Counted from the stretch's first letter, positions 35,736 to 45,699 are shown. The stretch: DNA of 64,000 nucleotides from Calditrichia bacterium (GCA_050633245.1 JBOEGD010000010.1:221989-285988); one strand, 5' to 3'. A program made the numbers and translations. The notes: generated by a model from the sequence alone, not told the origin.

Positions 35736-36146
35736 TCAGGCGTGACTGCTTAACCACGTTTCGCCATCAACAGCGACTTCTTTTTTCCAGATGGGTACAA
35801 TTTGCTTTAAGCGATCGATGGTGTATTGGCATGCCTCAAAGGCATCTGCTCGATGAGGTGATGCAACGGCAATAACAACCGCCACGTCACCAATGTCCAA
35901 AATACCGGTGCGATGCGAAACGGCAGCAGCACGCACATCCCAGCGTTCGGTGATTTCATCAATAATTCGCTGAATCATTTTTCCGGCCATTGCAGGATAG
36001 GCTTCATATTCCAGGCGCTGCACTTCTTTGCCGTATGAATGATTTCTCACCGTGCCGAGAAAGACGCTCAATCCACCGCAATCGTCTCGCGACGCAGCAG
36101 CAATTATCTTATTCACATCGATTGGTTCAGCCGTAATTTCAATCAT
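35736..36146 (-). CDS. moaE: Molybdopterin synthase catalytic subunit
   Basis: FLGTVRN, LEYEAYPAMA, HRTG, SPHRADAF, IDRLKQIVPIWKKE. Confidence 0.95.
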   Translation of the reverse strand: MIEITAEPIDVNKIIAAASRDDCGGLSVFLGTVRNHSYGKEVQRLEYEAYPAMAGKMIQRIIDEITERWDVRAAAVSHRTGILDIGDVAVVIAVASPHRADAFEACQYTIDRLKQIVPIWKKEVAVDGETWLSSHA

Positions 36147-36147
36147 A

Positions 36148-36390
36148 TCATCCCCCGCTTACCGGTGGAATAATTGCAACCTCATCGCCATCAGCCAATG
36201 TTCGCGTCTCATCAGCGTATTCCATATTCACAGCAATCATATAGCTACCCAGGCGGGCAAATTCGCTATAATCTGCCTTCAATCTATCCAGCGCCTGCTT
36301 CACAGTATCTCCGGGGGTCAACTGTATCGCCAGTTCACTTTTTCCGGTCAATTCTCTGCCCAGCGCAAATAGTTTGATGGTTATTGTCAT
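36148..36390 (-). CDS. moaD: Molybdopterin synthase sulfur carrier
   Basis: LFA..RE, AVN.EY, GDEVAIIPPVSGG. Confidence 0.95.
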   Translation of the reverse strand: MTITIKLFALGRELTGKSELAIQLTPGDTVKQALDRLKADYSEFARLGSYMIAVNMEYADETRTLADGDEVAIIPPVSGG

Positions 36391-36721
36391 GTATATAGAT
36401 TCAGGTAGTATTTAAAACGCAAAGATGCGTCATGGTCGTGTGCCGAAACATAGTGGGAGCTTCGACCGAATTTGGAAGCTTGTATATGGATTTAATATAT
36501 AGGCGAGGTGTGAAATTGTCAAATAGTATATCGGTCAAGAGCAGAATTGCTGAGCGTTCTGGTGAGGAATACAAATTTAATGGACAAAGAAGTCCTAAAG
36601 TCGTATCTTCCTCTTGTCATCATAAAAAACCACCTCAATGTCGATTGCATCTGTTCCCAACGAGCGTAACGCTCTCGGGAGTGACGTTTTCCGGCTCATT
36701 AGCGCATTTTTGGAGATTTGT

Positions 36722-38116
36722 ATGGCAAGCAAACGCGAAACGATGTCTAACGTAGACACCGCATGGCTGCGTATGGAACATCCAACCAATTTAATGATGA
36801 TAACCGGTATTATTGTTTTTGATACACACCTCGACTTTCCCCGACTTCGCAAAATTGTAACGGAACGCTTGCTTAGCTACAACCGATTTAAACAACGTGT
36901 TATTCGTTCCCGTGGCGGACTAAGAAATCCGGAATGGGAAGAAGACCCCGAATTCGATTTGGACAATCACCTTATCCAATCCAAACTGCAGGATGTTAAC
37001 AGCGAGGCCGAACTTCACGATACGATCAGCAATCTGATGAGTGAGCCGCTCGATTATGACCGTCCACTCTGGCAATATCACATTGTAGAGAGTTACAACG
37101 GCGGTAGCGTAATGATTGGCCGTATTCACCATTGTATTGGTGATGGAACGGCGCTGGTTCGTGTATTGCTGTCATTAACAGACAATACTCCCGATTTTGC
37201 GATATATGGCGGCGCCAGCAGTAATCCGGTAAAATCACGAAAACCGGCAAAGTCGTTTTTGGGCAATCTGTCCGCCGTTACAGAGAAAGCCTGGCGTTTT
37301 GGTTCACACCTTATAAAGCAGGGTAAACAAACAATTCAAAACCCTGAGAGACTGGTAACGGCCGCAAAAATGGGAGCGACAGGTCTTGGAGCACTTGGAA
37401 AACTCGCGCTGCGATCAGCCGACCCGCAAACCCGATTTAAGGGCGACCTCGGCATCAAAAAACTCGGCGTTTGGTCGAAACCCATTCCACTTGACGATAT
37501 TAAAGCAATTGGCAAAGCAACCGGCGGAACCGTTAACGATGTACTACTCACTGCCATGACGGGAGCACTTCGGCGCTACCTGGAGCATCACTCCGAGAGC
37601 ACCGAGCGATTAAATTTACGCGCAGCCGTTCCGGTAAACCTGAGACCCATGAGCAATAAAATTGAACTGGGCAATAAATTTGGTCTCGTATTTCCTTCTC
37701 TGCCAATCGGCATCGTTGATGAGAAAAAACGGCTTCGGGTGTTAAAGAATCGTATGAATAAGTTAAAAAACTCTCCCGAAGCAATGATTACCCTGGGCGC
37801 GTTGAATGCTGCCGCCCTTGCCCCACATGAAATTCAGAACTTTGTTATTAACTTTTTGGGTGCAAAAACCAGCGCGGTAATGACCAATGTCCCGGGCCCA
37901 AAAGAAACAATCTACCTGGCAGGCTCTCCGATCACGGATCTTATTTTCTGGGTGCCACAGTCTGGCCGCGTTGCTTTGGGCATCAGTATATTCAGCTATG
38001 CCGGCAAGGTTGTTCTCGGAGTTGCGAGCGATGTAGAGCGCGTCCCTGATCCCGAGCGCATTCTGGAAGCATTCCACGAAGAGTTCGAGTCGCTCAAACT
38101 TTTAATTGCCAATTAA
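36722..38116 (+). CDS. Wax ester synthase/diacylglycerol acyltransferase (WS/DGAT)
   Basis: PLDYDRPLWQ, catalytic HHCIGDG, TVNDV, VPVNLR, GNKF, TNVPGP, SYAG. Confidence 0.92.
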   Translation: MASKRETMSNVDTAWLRMEHPTNLMMITGIIVFDTHLDFPRLRKIVTERLLSYNRFKQRVIRSRGGLRNPEWEEDPEFDLDNHLIQSKLQDVNSEAELHDTISNLMSEPLDYDRPLWQYHIVESYNGGSVMIGRIHHCIGDGTALVRVLLSLTDNTPDFAIYGGASSNPVKSRKPAKSFLGNLSAVTEKAWRFGSHLIKQGKQTIQNPERLVTAAKMGATGLGALGKLALRSADPQTRFKGDLGIKKLGVWSKPIPLDDIKAIGKATGGTVNDVLLTAMTGALRRYLEHHSESTERLNLRAAVPVNLRPMSNKIELGNKFGLVFPSLPIGIVDEKKRLRVLKNRMNKLKNSPEAMITLGALNAAALAPHEIQNFVINFLGAKTSAVMTNVPGPKETIYLAGSPITDLIFWVPQSGRVALGISIFSYAGKVVLGVASDVERVPDPERILEAFHEEFESLKLLIAN

Positions 38117-38127
38117 CGAAAGATCTC

Positions 38128-39195
38128 ATGGCAAAACCGAAGTATCCCATCATCGATGGACACAATGATGTCGCTCAGTATCTGTATTTGCCTGAAAAGC
38201 TGCCGGGATATATGTTTACCAAAGAAAATGCAGGTGCATGTCTGGACGCTCAAAAGGCACGTAAAGGTGGCTTTAAAGGCGGCTTTTTTGCCGTTTTCAA
38301 CCCACCAATGCGATCGGAGGTTATTTCTGACCAGGCGACTTATCGAGCATTGGGATTCAGAATTCCTCCCTTTCCTTCGCTTCCGCATTCCCGTGCGCAA
38401 CAGCAAACGATTGAGGGAATTGTAGAATTATTGAGACTGGAAAAAGATCCGGAAGCAGGCATTATCATTGTTCGCACGCTTACCGATTTGGTTAACAGTT
38501 TGGAAACTGATAAAATTGCGGCAATCCTTCATCTGGAAGGTGCAGAGGCGATTGACGCAAAACTCAATGCCCTGGAGGTGTTCTACCAGTCCGGATTGCG
38601 TTCGGTTGGCATTACCTGGTCACGACCGAATATTTTTGGACATGGCGTTCCTTTCAAATATCCGTCCAGACCCGATATTGGCCCCGGCTTAACAACGTTG
38701 GGCAAAAAGCTGGTACGCCGCTGCAATGAGATGGGCATTATGATCGACCTGGCGCACCTGAACGAAAAAGGATTCTGGGATGTCGCCGAGCTAAGCAATG
38801 CACCGCTGGTATCGACGCATACCGCAGCATACTCGCTTTGCGAATCATCCAGAAATCTGACCGATAAACAAATCGATGCCATTGGGCATTCCGGCGGACT
38901 TATTGGTATAAACTTTTATGTCGCCGATTTAAGGGAAGATGGTGAAGACAACTCAGACATGCCGCTTACTCGTATTGTTGAGCACGTCAAATACATTGCA
39001 GATCGAATCGGTATTGACCATGTCGCATTGGGATCTGATTTTGATGGTGCCTTAATGCCCAACGATCTCAACAGCGCCGATAAGCTGCCCAATCTAATCG
39101 CCGCCTTTGAAGAAGCAGGCTTTAGCGAAAGCGACCTGCAAAAAATCACTCACAAAAACTGGATCAGGATACTCTATCATACCTGGCATGAGTAA
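38128..39195 (+). CDS. Membrane dipeptidase (peptidase M19)
   Basis: DGHND, LEGAE, IDLAH, STH, RNLTD, GIDHVALGSDFDG. Confidence 0.92.
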   Translation: MAKPKYPIIDGHNDVAQYLYLPEKLPGYMFTKENAGACLDAQKARKGGFKGGFFAVFNPPMRSEVISDQATYRALGFRIPPFPSLPHSRAQQQTIEGIVELLRLEKDPEAGIIIVRTLTDLVNSLETDKIAAILHLEGAEAIDAKLNALEVFYQSGLRSVGITWSRPNIFGHGVPFKYPSRPDIGPGLTTLGKKLVRRCNEMGIMIDLAHLNEKGFWDVAELSNAPLVSTHTAAYSLCESSRNLTDKQIDAIGHSGGLIGINFYVADLREDGEDNSDMPLTRIVEHVKYIADRIGIDHVALGSDFDGALMPNDLNSADKLPNLIAAFEEAGFSESDLQKITHKNWIRILYHTWHE

Positions 39196-39349
39196 AGCAG
39201 GAGGCAGGTGGCAGCAGTAAAGACGCGATGCTTCGCGTCTCAAATAGTAACGTGGGTCTTGACCCACGCAGCCGCATAGTCTTAGCTAGTCGGAACACAG
39301 AACTTTGAACCTTGAACCTTGAACTCAGAACCTCTAAAGGAGAAAATCT

Positions 39350-40900
39350 ATGGCAATGCCTATACCCAGTCTGCTTCTAAAGCAGCTATATACGTTTAAC
39401 AGCCTGAAGAATGAAGGCGCCAGCGTGCGCTTTTCCATCAAGAATCGATTAAGCGACGCCACGTTCAGCGGTATTTCCGCGGTTAAGATTAACGGAAAAG
39501 AAGTGCCGATCAGTAATGTCAGTGTAGATCTCGGTGATGGCAATCCGATCAGCCCAAATGATATCACAAAGGAACCTCTGGATTTTCCGCTGCGCAAAGA
39601 GCTGGATATTATTGCAACCGGCATCACGCTCGAGACCGGTAAGCACAAGCTGGAAATTCACTTCTCAACCAAGCCATTTGGTAAACTAAAGCTGAAGGTT
39701 GAAGATGCGATCTCAGACAAACAGCCCGAAATCGTGCGAATTCCACGTCGTAAGGATGATGATTATGGCGAAGAAGCGATTAAAATGCGTCAAAAATTTG
39801 CCGAAGAGTTCTCCAATACAAAGCTGGAACATATTCCCAACTATTCATTCGACCCACATATGCTCAATGGTAACATCGAACACTTTACCGGCGTCGCGCA
39901 AATTCCGCTTGGACTGGCCGGGCCGTTAACCGTTAATGGTGAGCATGCCAATGGCGACTACATCATTCCGATGGCGACAACCGAAGGAACCCTGGTTGCC
40001 TCCTACAATCGCGGAATAAAATTGCTAAACCTTTGTGGTGGCGTTAAGTGTACCATAGTTGGCGACGCGATGCAGCGCGCACCGGTTTTCGTATTTTCAG
40101 ACGCCCGCGGTGCCAGAGATTTTGTTACCTGGGTGCAAACGCCGGAGAATCTGGCTCAGATTCGCGAACATGCTGAAGCCACGTCGAGCGTTGCAAAGCT
40201 GGTAGACATTGATTGCTACCTTGCCAGCAAGTTTGCTTATCTTCGCTTTAATTATACCACGGGTGATGCTGCCGGACAAAATATGGTCGGGCGCGCTACC
40301 TTTGCTGCCTGTAGTTGGGTGCTCGATAACTATAAGGGCATCGAAAGCTTCTTTCTCGAGTCGAATTTTGCGACGGACAAAAAAGCTTCACAGATTAATA
40401 TAATGCGAACCCGAGGTAAGCGCGTAACTGCTGAAGCGACCATCAAGCGCGACATTCTTATTCAAAACATGCGTGTTGAGCCAGAGAATCTGGTTTATCA
40501 CACCGGCGTGGCCAATGTAGGATCGATTCTTTCGGGTGCAAACAACAATGGACTGCATTCTGCGAATGCCATTACTGCCATATTTATCGCAACCGGTCAG
40601 GATGTGGCGAACGTGGCGGAATCCTCTGCCGGGTTGATTTATACCGAGCTAACGCCGGAACGCGATCTGTATATCTCGATAACCATTCCATCGCTCATTG
40701 TAGCGACTTATGGAGGGGGCACCGGACTGGCTACTCAAAATGAGTCGCTGGAGATCATGGGCTGCACCGGTCGTGGTAAGGTTAAGAAGTTTGCCGAGAT
40801 TATTGCTGGTGTTGTGCTGGCAGGTGAGCTTTCTCTTGCTTCTGCTATTTCTTCATCAGATTGGGTTTCCAGCCACGAACAGTATGGACGCAATCGCTAA
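39350..40900 (+). CDS. Class I-type HMG-CoA reductase with an extra ~120-aa N-terminal domain
   Basis: PMATTEGTLVASYNRG, TGDAAGQNM, TDKK, IATGQD, VATYGGGT, GELSL, C-terminal His. Confidence 0.88.
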   Translation: MAMPIPSLLLKQLYTFNSLKNEGASVRFSIKNRLSDATFSGISAVKINGKEVPISNVSVDLGDGNPISPNDITKEPLDFPLRKELDIIATGITLETGKHKLEIHFSTKPFGKLKLKVEDAISDKQPEIVRIPRRKDDDYGEEAIKMRQKFAEEFSNTKLEHIPNYSFDPHMLNGNIEHFTGVAQIPLGLAGPLTVNGEHANGDYIIPMATTEGTLVASYNRGIKLLNLCGGVKCTIVGDAMQRAPVFVFSDARGARDFVTWVQTPENLAQIREHAEATSSVAKLVDIDCYLASKFAYLRFNYTTGDAAGQNMVGRATFAACSWVLDNYKGIESFFLESNFATDKKASQINIMRTRGKRVTAEATIKRDILIQNMRVEPENLVYHTGVANVGSILSGANNNGLHSANAITAIFIATGQDVANVAESSAGLIYTELTPERDLYISITIPSLIVATYGGGTGLATQNESLEIMGCTGRGKVKKFAEIIAGVVLAGELSLASAISSSDWVSSHEQYGRNR

Positions 40901-40944
40901 ACCTCTTTACAGTCCGGCAGCGCATGCTGCCGGACGAACTTATT

Positions 40945-41403
40945 ATGAACCTACTCATCTCCTACCAAAAAACGCTTACCTTCCCCCACGACCTGGAAAC
41001 GACGTTTTGCTTTCTGGCAGATATTCCACTCACCTCGACATTCTTTCCCAAACTGGAAGAACTGATCGATCTCGGTCGTAACTGCTATCAATGGGATCTT
41101 CAGCCACAGGGCCCGGCTGCGTATGCCGTACAAACAATCTATGCCTGTCGCTATCGTTTTAAGCCAAATAGCCAAATAGCCTGGGAGCCGATACGAGATA
41201 TCGGCAACTCATTTTTCAGTGGTAGCTGGCAGCTGTCTCCCCTTGCCAATAAGTGCCACGCAAACTTCAACTTAAAGGGAGAGCTTTCACTGCCAGTACC
41301 TGCCTTCGCAGAAGTTGTGGCTGCTCCGCTTATTCGCTCGCTCTTTAATTCTCTGCTGAATGACTACCTCGAAAACCTGCAATCAGGCCTCGCAAAAGTA
41401 TAG
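40945..41403 (+). CDS. SRPBCC/START-fold lipid-binding protein
   Basis: FLADIP..FP, WEP..GN..SGSWQL, C-terminal helix; start codon uncertain. Confidence 0.7.
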   Translation: MNLLISYQKTLTFPHDLETTFCFLADIPLTSTFFPKLEELIDLGRNCYQWDLQPQGPAAYAVQTIYACRYRFKPNSQIAWEPIRDIGNSFFSGSWQLSPLANKCHANFNLKGELSLPVPAFAEVVAAPLIRSLFNSLLNDYLENLQSGLAKV

Positions 41404-41523
41404 AAACACCCAAAATGACTCATCCAGTCATTTTTTCCAAAAATAAGAAAACTTTATTTTTGCTGTAAAAAGTCATATAAAACAGCAGTTTAAACAAATT
41501 CCTCCAGCATCTACTTACGCATT

Positions 41524-41566
41524 GCGTCAAAAAAAGGTTGACAAAATTGACGCGCTGTGTTATATT
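41524..41566 (+). promoter_or_regulatory. Sigma70 promoter of the phasin gene overlapped by an inverted repeat
   Basis: TTGACA(41538)-17 bp-TATATT(41561) with extended -10 TG; GCGTCAA..TTGACGC inverted repeat around the -35. Confidence 0.7.
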
Positions 41567-41624
41567 GTAATTGAAACAAAGATAACAAGTTCTTACGCAA
41601 ATATAAAAGAAGTGAGGTTTTACT

Positions 41625-42128
41625 ATGAAAGATCAAAAAACGATTATCGAACAGATTCAAAGCAATGTTGGCAACCTTTCACGAGACATTTGGTTGGCCG
41701 GCCTCGGTATGGTCTCCGTAGCTCAGGAAGAAGGACAAAAACTGATTGAACGTGCTGAGAAAGAAGGCAAAAGCCTTATTGAACGTGCCGAGACGGAAGG
41801 CAAGAAATTGTATGAGCGCGCTGAAAAAGAAGGCACTCGTATTAAGAATGATTTTGCCAAGCAGAACGACGAGCTAATCAAAGCTGGAAAAGGCCTTGAG
41901 AAGAAAGCCAGGGACTTTGCAGACGAAAAGCGCAGCGAAGTAAAAGAGACAGTAAGCTCTGCTACCGAGACCGTAGAAAGCCGCCTTGCCGGAATGCTTG
42001 AAGGCCTGGGAATCTCCTTCAACAATGATGTAAAGGACTTGAACGAGAAGGTAGACAAGCTAACCAAGACCGTTAACAAGCTGTCCCGCGAAATTAACGC
42101 AAAGGCAAAAGCCAAGGCAAAGAAGTAG
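41625..42128 (+). CDS. Phasin family granule-associated protein (PhaF/PhaI-like)
   Basis: IWLAGLG..AQEEG.K, 11-aa amphipathic repeats, LGI..DV..L..KVDKL. Confidence 0.8.
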   Translation: MKDQKTIIEQIQSNVGNLSRDIWLAGLGMVSVAQEEGQKLIERAEKEGKSLIERAETEGKKLYERAEKEGTRIKNDFAKQNDELIKAGKGLEKKARDFADEKRSEVKETVSSATETVESRLAGMLEGLGISFNNDVKDLNEKVDKLTKTVNKLSREINAKAKAKAKK

Positions 42129-42170
42129 TAACCCCTTGGGAGTTGACCAAATGGGAGTTACATATAGATG

Positions 42171-42217
42171 CAATAGCCGTTACGCAGAATCATTCTGTTT
42201 ACGGCTATTGCTTTTTA
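42171..42217 (+). terminator. Probable terminator after the phasin gene
   Basis: GCAATAGCCGT..ACGGCTATTGC followed by TTTTT. Confidence 0.6.
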
Positions 42218-42232
42218 GTATGAAGGAATAGC

Positions 42233-42457
42233 ATGATTCAGATAAAGATTAAAAATCATCGCCAGATTCTTAGAAAAGAGCGTAGCCGACTCGTTTCTAC
42301 CCTGGCTCCGTTCTTCGTAGATGTTGAACAGCGCGTTGAAGAAGAGATCGTTAAACAAATTCAACAGGTTTTTGAAAGCCACAATATTGAAGCAGATTTT
42401 GAAATTGTGCTTGATGGCAGCAGTCCGGCATCCCCCTCCTCTGTTGCTCGTAAATAG
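42233..42457 (+). CDS. Small hypothetical protein
   Basis: 74-aa ORF with AAGGA RBS. Confidence 0.55.
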   Translation: MIQIKIKNHRQILRKERSRLVSTLAPFFVDVEQRVEEEIVKQIQQVFESHNIEADFEIVLDGSSPASPSSVARK

Positions 42458-42543
42458 CCAATTGTTTTATTTTGCGAAAATGAATACCTTAACTGGTGTT
42501 TAATTAATATGTTCCTCACTCACCTAATTCTGGTCCTTCCGAC

Positions 42544-43794
42544 ATGTGGGCAACGCTTTCCGAATTCGCCATTCAAGCTTGGAATCACCCCGATTTCTGG
42601 AAGTATGTCAGTATACCCATTGTTGCTTCTCTCGTGGGTTGGATAACAAATTGGGTTGCGGTAAAGCTTCTATTTCATCCGCTCGAACCTATCGGTAAAC
42701 CACCATTTTTTGGCTGGCAGGGAATTATTCCATCAAAAGCTGCCAAGATGGGCGCTATGACGGCGGACAGCACGCTCAGCAAGCTGGGCAGTTTGCCAGA
42801 GCTTTTTCGTCATATGGAACCCGAACGCATTGCCGACCACCTCATTAACTCCATCCAGCCACGCGTTGAAGAATATGTCGATGCCGTAATGATGCACGAA
42901 AATCCGGCCGTGTGGGAGCTAATCCCCGGCGTGATGAAGACCTACGTCTACACAATGGTGAAGAACGAACTGCCACTGGCAATGAGCGAGATGATGGCCG
43001 ATCTGGAACACAATATCAATGATGTGGTCGATTTGAAGCAAACCGTTGTGGATGCACTGGTGAAAGACAAGCGCATCATCAACAGCATCTTTATGGAATG
43101 TGGCAAAAAGGAGTTCGAGTTTATCGTTCGCTCAGGTCTCTGCTTCGGTCTGTTCTTCGGTATCATTCAGATGATCGTTTGGTCATTTTATCAAGCCTGG
43201 TGGATCTTACCACTTTTCGGGATGATTAACGGCTATGCAACCAACTGGATTGCCATTCGCATCATCTTTCAGCCGCTAAATCCGGTAAAAATCGGTCCTC
43301 TGAAAATTCAGGGACTGTTTCTAAAGCGCCAGAAAGAAGTTGCCGCTGAATGGTGCAGTATTGTGGCCGGACAGGTTATTACCGTGCGCAATATTATTAA
43401 CGACATGCTGAATGGCGCAAAGTCTGAACGCACGCATATTATCGTGCGCCGCCATATCCGGGACGTTGTAGACCGCGCTGTCGGTATCACCAAACCCATC
43501 GTGCAATTTACGGTTGGCCTAAAAGAATTTGTGAAGATCAAAGAGTCTGCCTCAGAAACGGCAATTCATATCACGTCCGAAGTCTTCGACGACCCCAGCT
43601 TTAATGAAGAGCGCGCAGCAATTATCAAGGAGCTCTTGGAAGAACGCATGATCGCGCTCTCGTCTGAAGAATTTCAGTATCTGCTGCGGCCGGCTTTTGA
43701 GGAAGAAGAACTGAAGCTGATTATCGTCGGTGCCATCCTTGGTGCCCTGGCGGGTTTTGCCCAACTGGTTTACATTTTTGGGGGAAGTCTTTAA
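42544..43794 (+). CDS. DUF445 family membrane protein
   Basis: Duplicated GWITNWVAVKLLFHP / GYATNWIAIRIIFQP; QGIIP; E..LIIVGAILG. Confidence 0.85.
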   Translation: MWATLSEFAIQAWNHPDFWKYVSIPIVASLVGWITNWVAVKLLFHPLEPIGKPPFFGWQGIIPSKAAKMGAMTADSTLSKLGSLPELFRHMEPERIADHLINSIQPRVEEYVDAVMMHENPAVWELIPGVMKTYVYTMVKNELPLAMSEMMADLEHNINDVVDLKQTVVDALVKDKRIINSIFMECGKKEFEFIVRSGLCFGLFFGIIQMIVWSFYQAWWILPLFGMINGYATNWIAIRIIFQPLNPVKIGPLKIQGLFLKRQKEVAAEWCSIVAGQVITVRNIINDMLNGAKSERTHIIVRRHIRDVVDRAVGITKPIVQFTVGLKEFVKIKESASETAIHITSEVFDDPSFNEERAAIIKELLEERMIALSSEEFQYLLRPAFEEEELKLIIVGAILGALAGFAQLVYIFGGSL

Positions 43795-43871
43795 ATTATG
43801 AATTATGAATTATGAATTATGAATGATGAGTTATGAATGATGAGTTATGAATGATGAGTTATGAGTTATGA
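43794..43871 (+). repeat. Heptamer tandem repeat (AATTATG/AATGATG/AGTTATG), about 11 units
   Basis: Seen directly. Confidence 0.92.
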
Positions 43872-43914
43872 TTGGCCATTGAACGGTGAACTTTAACGAA
43901 GAATTGAGTCTATT

Positions 43915-44772
43915 ATGCCTTTAAGGAAATTTAGCATTCTTTTCCTGCTTTTATTAGCTTTTCCGGGCTGTAGTGAGGCTGAACCGGATTTGTTTTTGAG
44001 AGGTTATGCTACAAGCATATCCTTTGATTCCCAGAAGGTTTTATCCTACTATCGCAATGGCGAGACGGACAGCATTTTTGTTCAACATATACACGATGGA
44101 ACGATCCTGTTTGAATATGAATTAAACGAGAATCTGGAAGGACTCGTATTTTCAAAAGATGCGAAGATTCTCATCTTTACAGAAACGTCGCTACTCGAAT
44201 TAGACTGGCAATTAATCCGGATATCCGAACTAGCAAAACTTGACTCCATGAACATAACCGGAATAAAAGTAGACTACGACGCAAATCGTTTACTTTGGGG
44301 CAATGCTCCGGAAAACATGCACGATACGACGTCCGGGACCTCCGAAATTGTTGAATTTGATTTAAGCAGTCGAAAACTTCGTCGCACGAGTTTTGACGAG
44401 AACTTTGGTCAGCTGTATGATATCGCACCTCGAAGCAAGGATATGCTTTTCCTTAATCAGGGTGGGGAATTAATAATGGTGATCTTGTCCAAAAGCTATG
44501 TTATGGGATACGGACCGGGTGTACTGAACGGTATTTCGTTGGGCAAAAGTTCCATCCATCTTTCGAAGAACAAAAAGGAGTTAGTCGCCTGTTTCAATGA
44601 AGGAGAAGTCGGGGTTTTGGATATAGACACAGGAAAGATCAGAACACTTGATATAGCGGGAGATTATATCAATCCCATTCTCTCCTATGACAACAAGTTC
44701 ATTGTTGCTCAGGAAGTTACTCGCTATAGAGTAAGAGCAGGCGTTTTCTCCGCTGAGCCTTTTTTGAAGTAA
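43915..44772 (+). CDS. Hypothetical lipoprotein, possible beta-propeller
   Basis: Lipobox-like FPGC after a hydrophobic stretch; WD40/TolB-like periodicity (FSKDAK, LSKNKK, LSYDNK). Confidence 0.6.
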   Translation: MPLRKFSILFLLLLAFPGCSEAEPDLFLRGYATSISFDSQKVLSYYRNGETDSIFVQHIHDGTILFEYELNENLEGLVFSKDAKILIFTETSLLELDWQLIRISELAKLDSMNITGIKVDYDANRLLWGNAPENMHDTTSGTSEIVEFDLSSRKLRRTSFDENFGQLYDIAPRSKDMLFLNQGGELIMVILSKSYVMGYGPGVLNGISLGKSSIHLSKNKKELVACFNEGEVGVLDIDTGKIRTLDIAGDYINPILSYDNKFIVAQEVTRYRVRAGVFSAEPFLK

Positions 44773-44791
44773 AGTTATTTTTTTCCCTATG

Positions 44792-44855
44792 AGCTGCCGT
44801 CTTTTAGCTGCCGTCTTTTAGCTGCCGTCTTTTAGCTGCCGTCTTTTAGCTGCCG
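44792..44855 (+). repeat. 14-bp tandem repeat AGCTGCCGTCTTTT, four units plus a partial one
   Basis: Seen directly; reverse-complement relatives at 63930-64000 and ~53680-53720. Confidence 0.92.
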
Positions 44856-44994
44856 CCTATTATCTTTCCGACCCCCGACACCTGTCCTTGTATAATAATT
44901 TCACAATAAATTGGATATTCCCCTCGCCCCTCTCCACTCTCATCACGAGTTGTTTTTATTCAACTTACGACTTGATCCCGCGCAAATCCCCCCT

Positions 44995-45011
44995 TTGGCA
45001 CAGTTATTGAA
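44995..45011 (+). promoter_or_regulatory. Putative sigma54 (-24/-12) promoter
   Basis: TTGGCACAGTTATTGAA (TGGCAC-N5-TTGA), ~40 bp before AAGGAGG-N8-ATG at 45049. Confidence 0.6.
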
Positions 45012-45048
45012 ATACAACAGACAACTATGTGACAAGGAGGTCCAGGGA

Positions 45049-45699
45049 ATGCGACCTACAGATCTTTCCAAACAACTTCGAATCCAAACGAAACTACCGG
45101 CGGGTATTTTGGTGAAGAAAACTCTTAAACACGTTTGCGTTTTTGCGTTCTTCCTTTGCCTGCTAAACCAATCTGCACTTGCCGATGAGAAAAAGTCTCA
45201 GCTGCACGCCGCCATATTTAGCGAAGGTGCGCGTTTTCATTCATCCTTCATGCAGAATTTTGGGTTGGGCTTCGGTCTGCGCCTAAGATGGCAACCGAGC
45301 AATCTGTATGGGTTTTCAGAGTTTGGCAGCATTCGAAGTGAACAGACGTTTGACGTAATAAGTGGTGAGGCGTCTGTAGACATTGGATGGCAAACGTTGT
45401 TTTTGGGTGCAGGCTATTCCTATCCACTCGGAAGGAACTGGCACCTGGGCGGCGAAGTAGGGGTTGGTCTGTTGAACTATCGCACCGATGCACTTACAGT
45501 TGACCTCGGAGCAGCAGGAAGCCTTGAGATAGACGAGCAAAGCGACAATAAATTGATTTATAAACCGACACTGGTGATATCGAAAACCTTCTCCGGGCGA
45601 GTTCATGTTTTTATCGCTCCAGCGATTTCACTGGTGTCATTTTCAGGATTAAAAAACAATCTTCACTTGAAAGGGGGAATTGGATTTGCGCTACATTAA
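45049..45699 (+). CDS. Small outer-membrane beta-barrel protein
   Basis: Signal peptide, alternating amphipathic strands (LFLGAGYSYPLG, LGGEVGVGLL), C-terminal GGIGFALH. Confidence 0.7.
   Translation: MRPTDLSKQLRIQTKLPAGILVKKTLKHVCVFAFFLCLLNQSALADEKKSQLHAAIFSEGARFHSSFMQNFGLGFGLRLRWQPSNLYGFSEFGSIRSEQTFDVISGEASVDIGWQTLFLGAGYSYPLGRNWHLGGEVGVGLLNYRTDALTVDLGAAGSLEIDEQSDNKLIYKPTLVISKTFSGRVHVFIAPAISLVSFSGLKNNLHLKGGIGFALH

Noticed and set aside
41625-42128. PHA biosynthesis operon
   Set aside because: A phasin is present but no phaC, phaA or phaB in the window
44911-45048. N-terminal extension of the first beta-barrel ORF
   Set aside because: It overlaps the sigma54-like promoter; a strong AAGGAGG RBS supports the ATG at 45049
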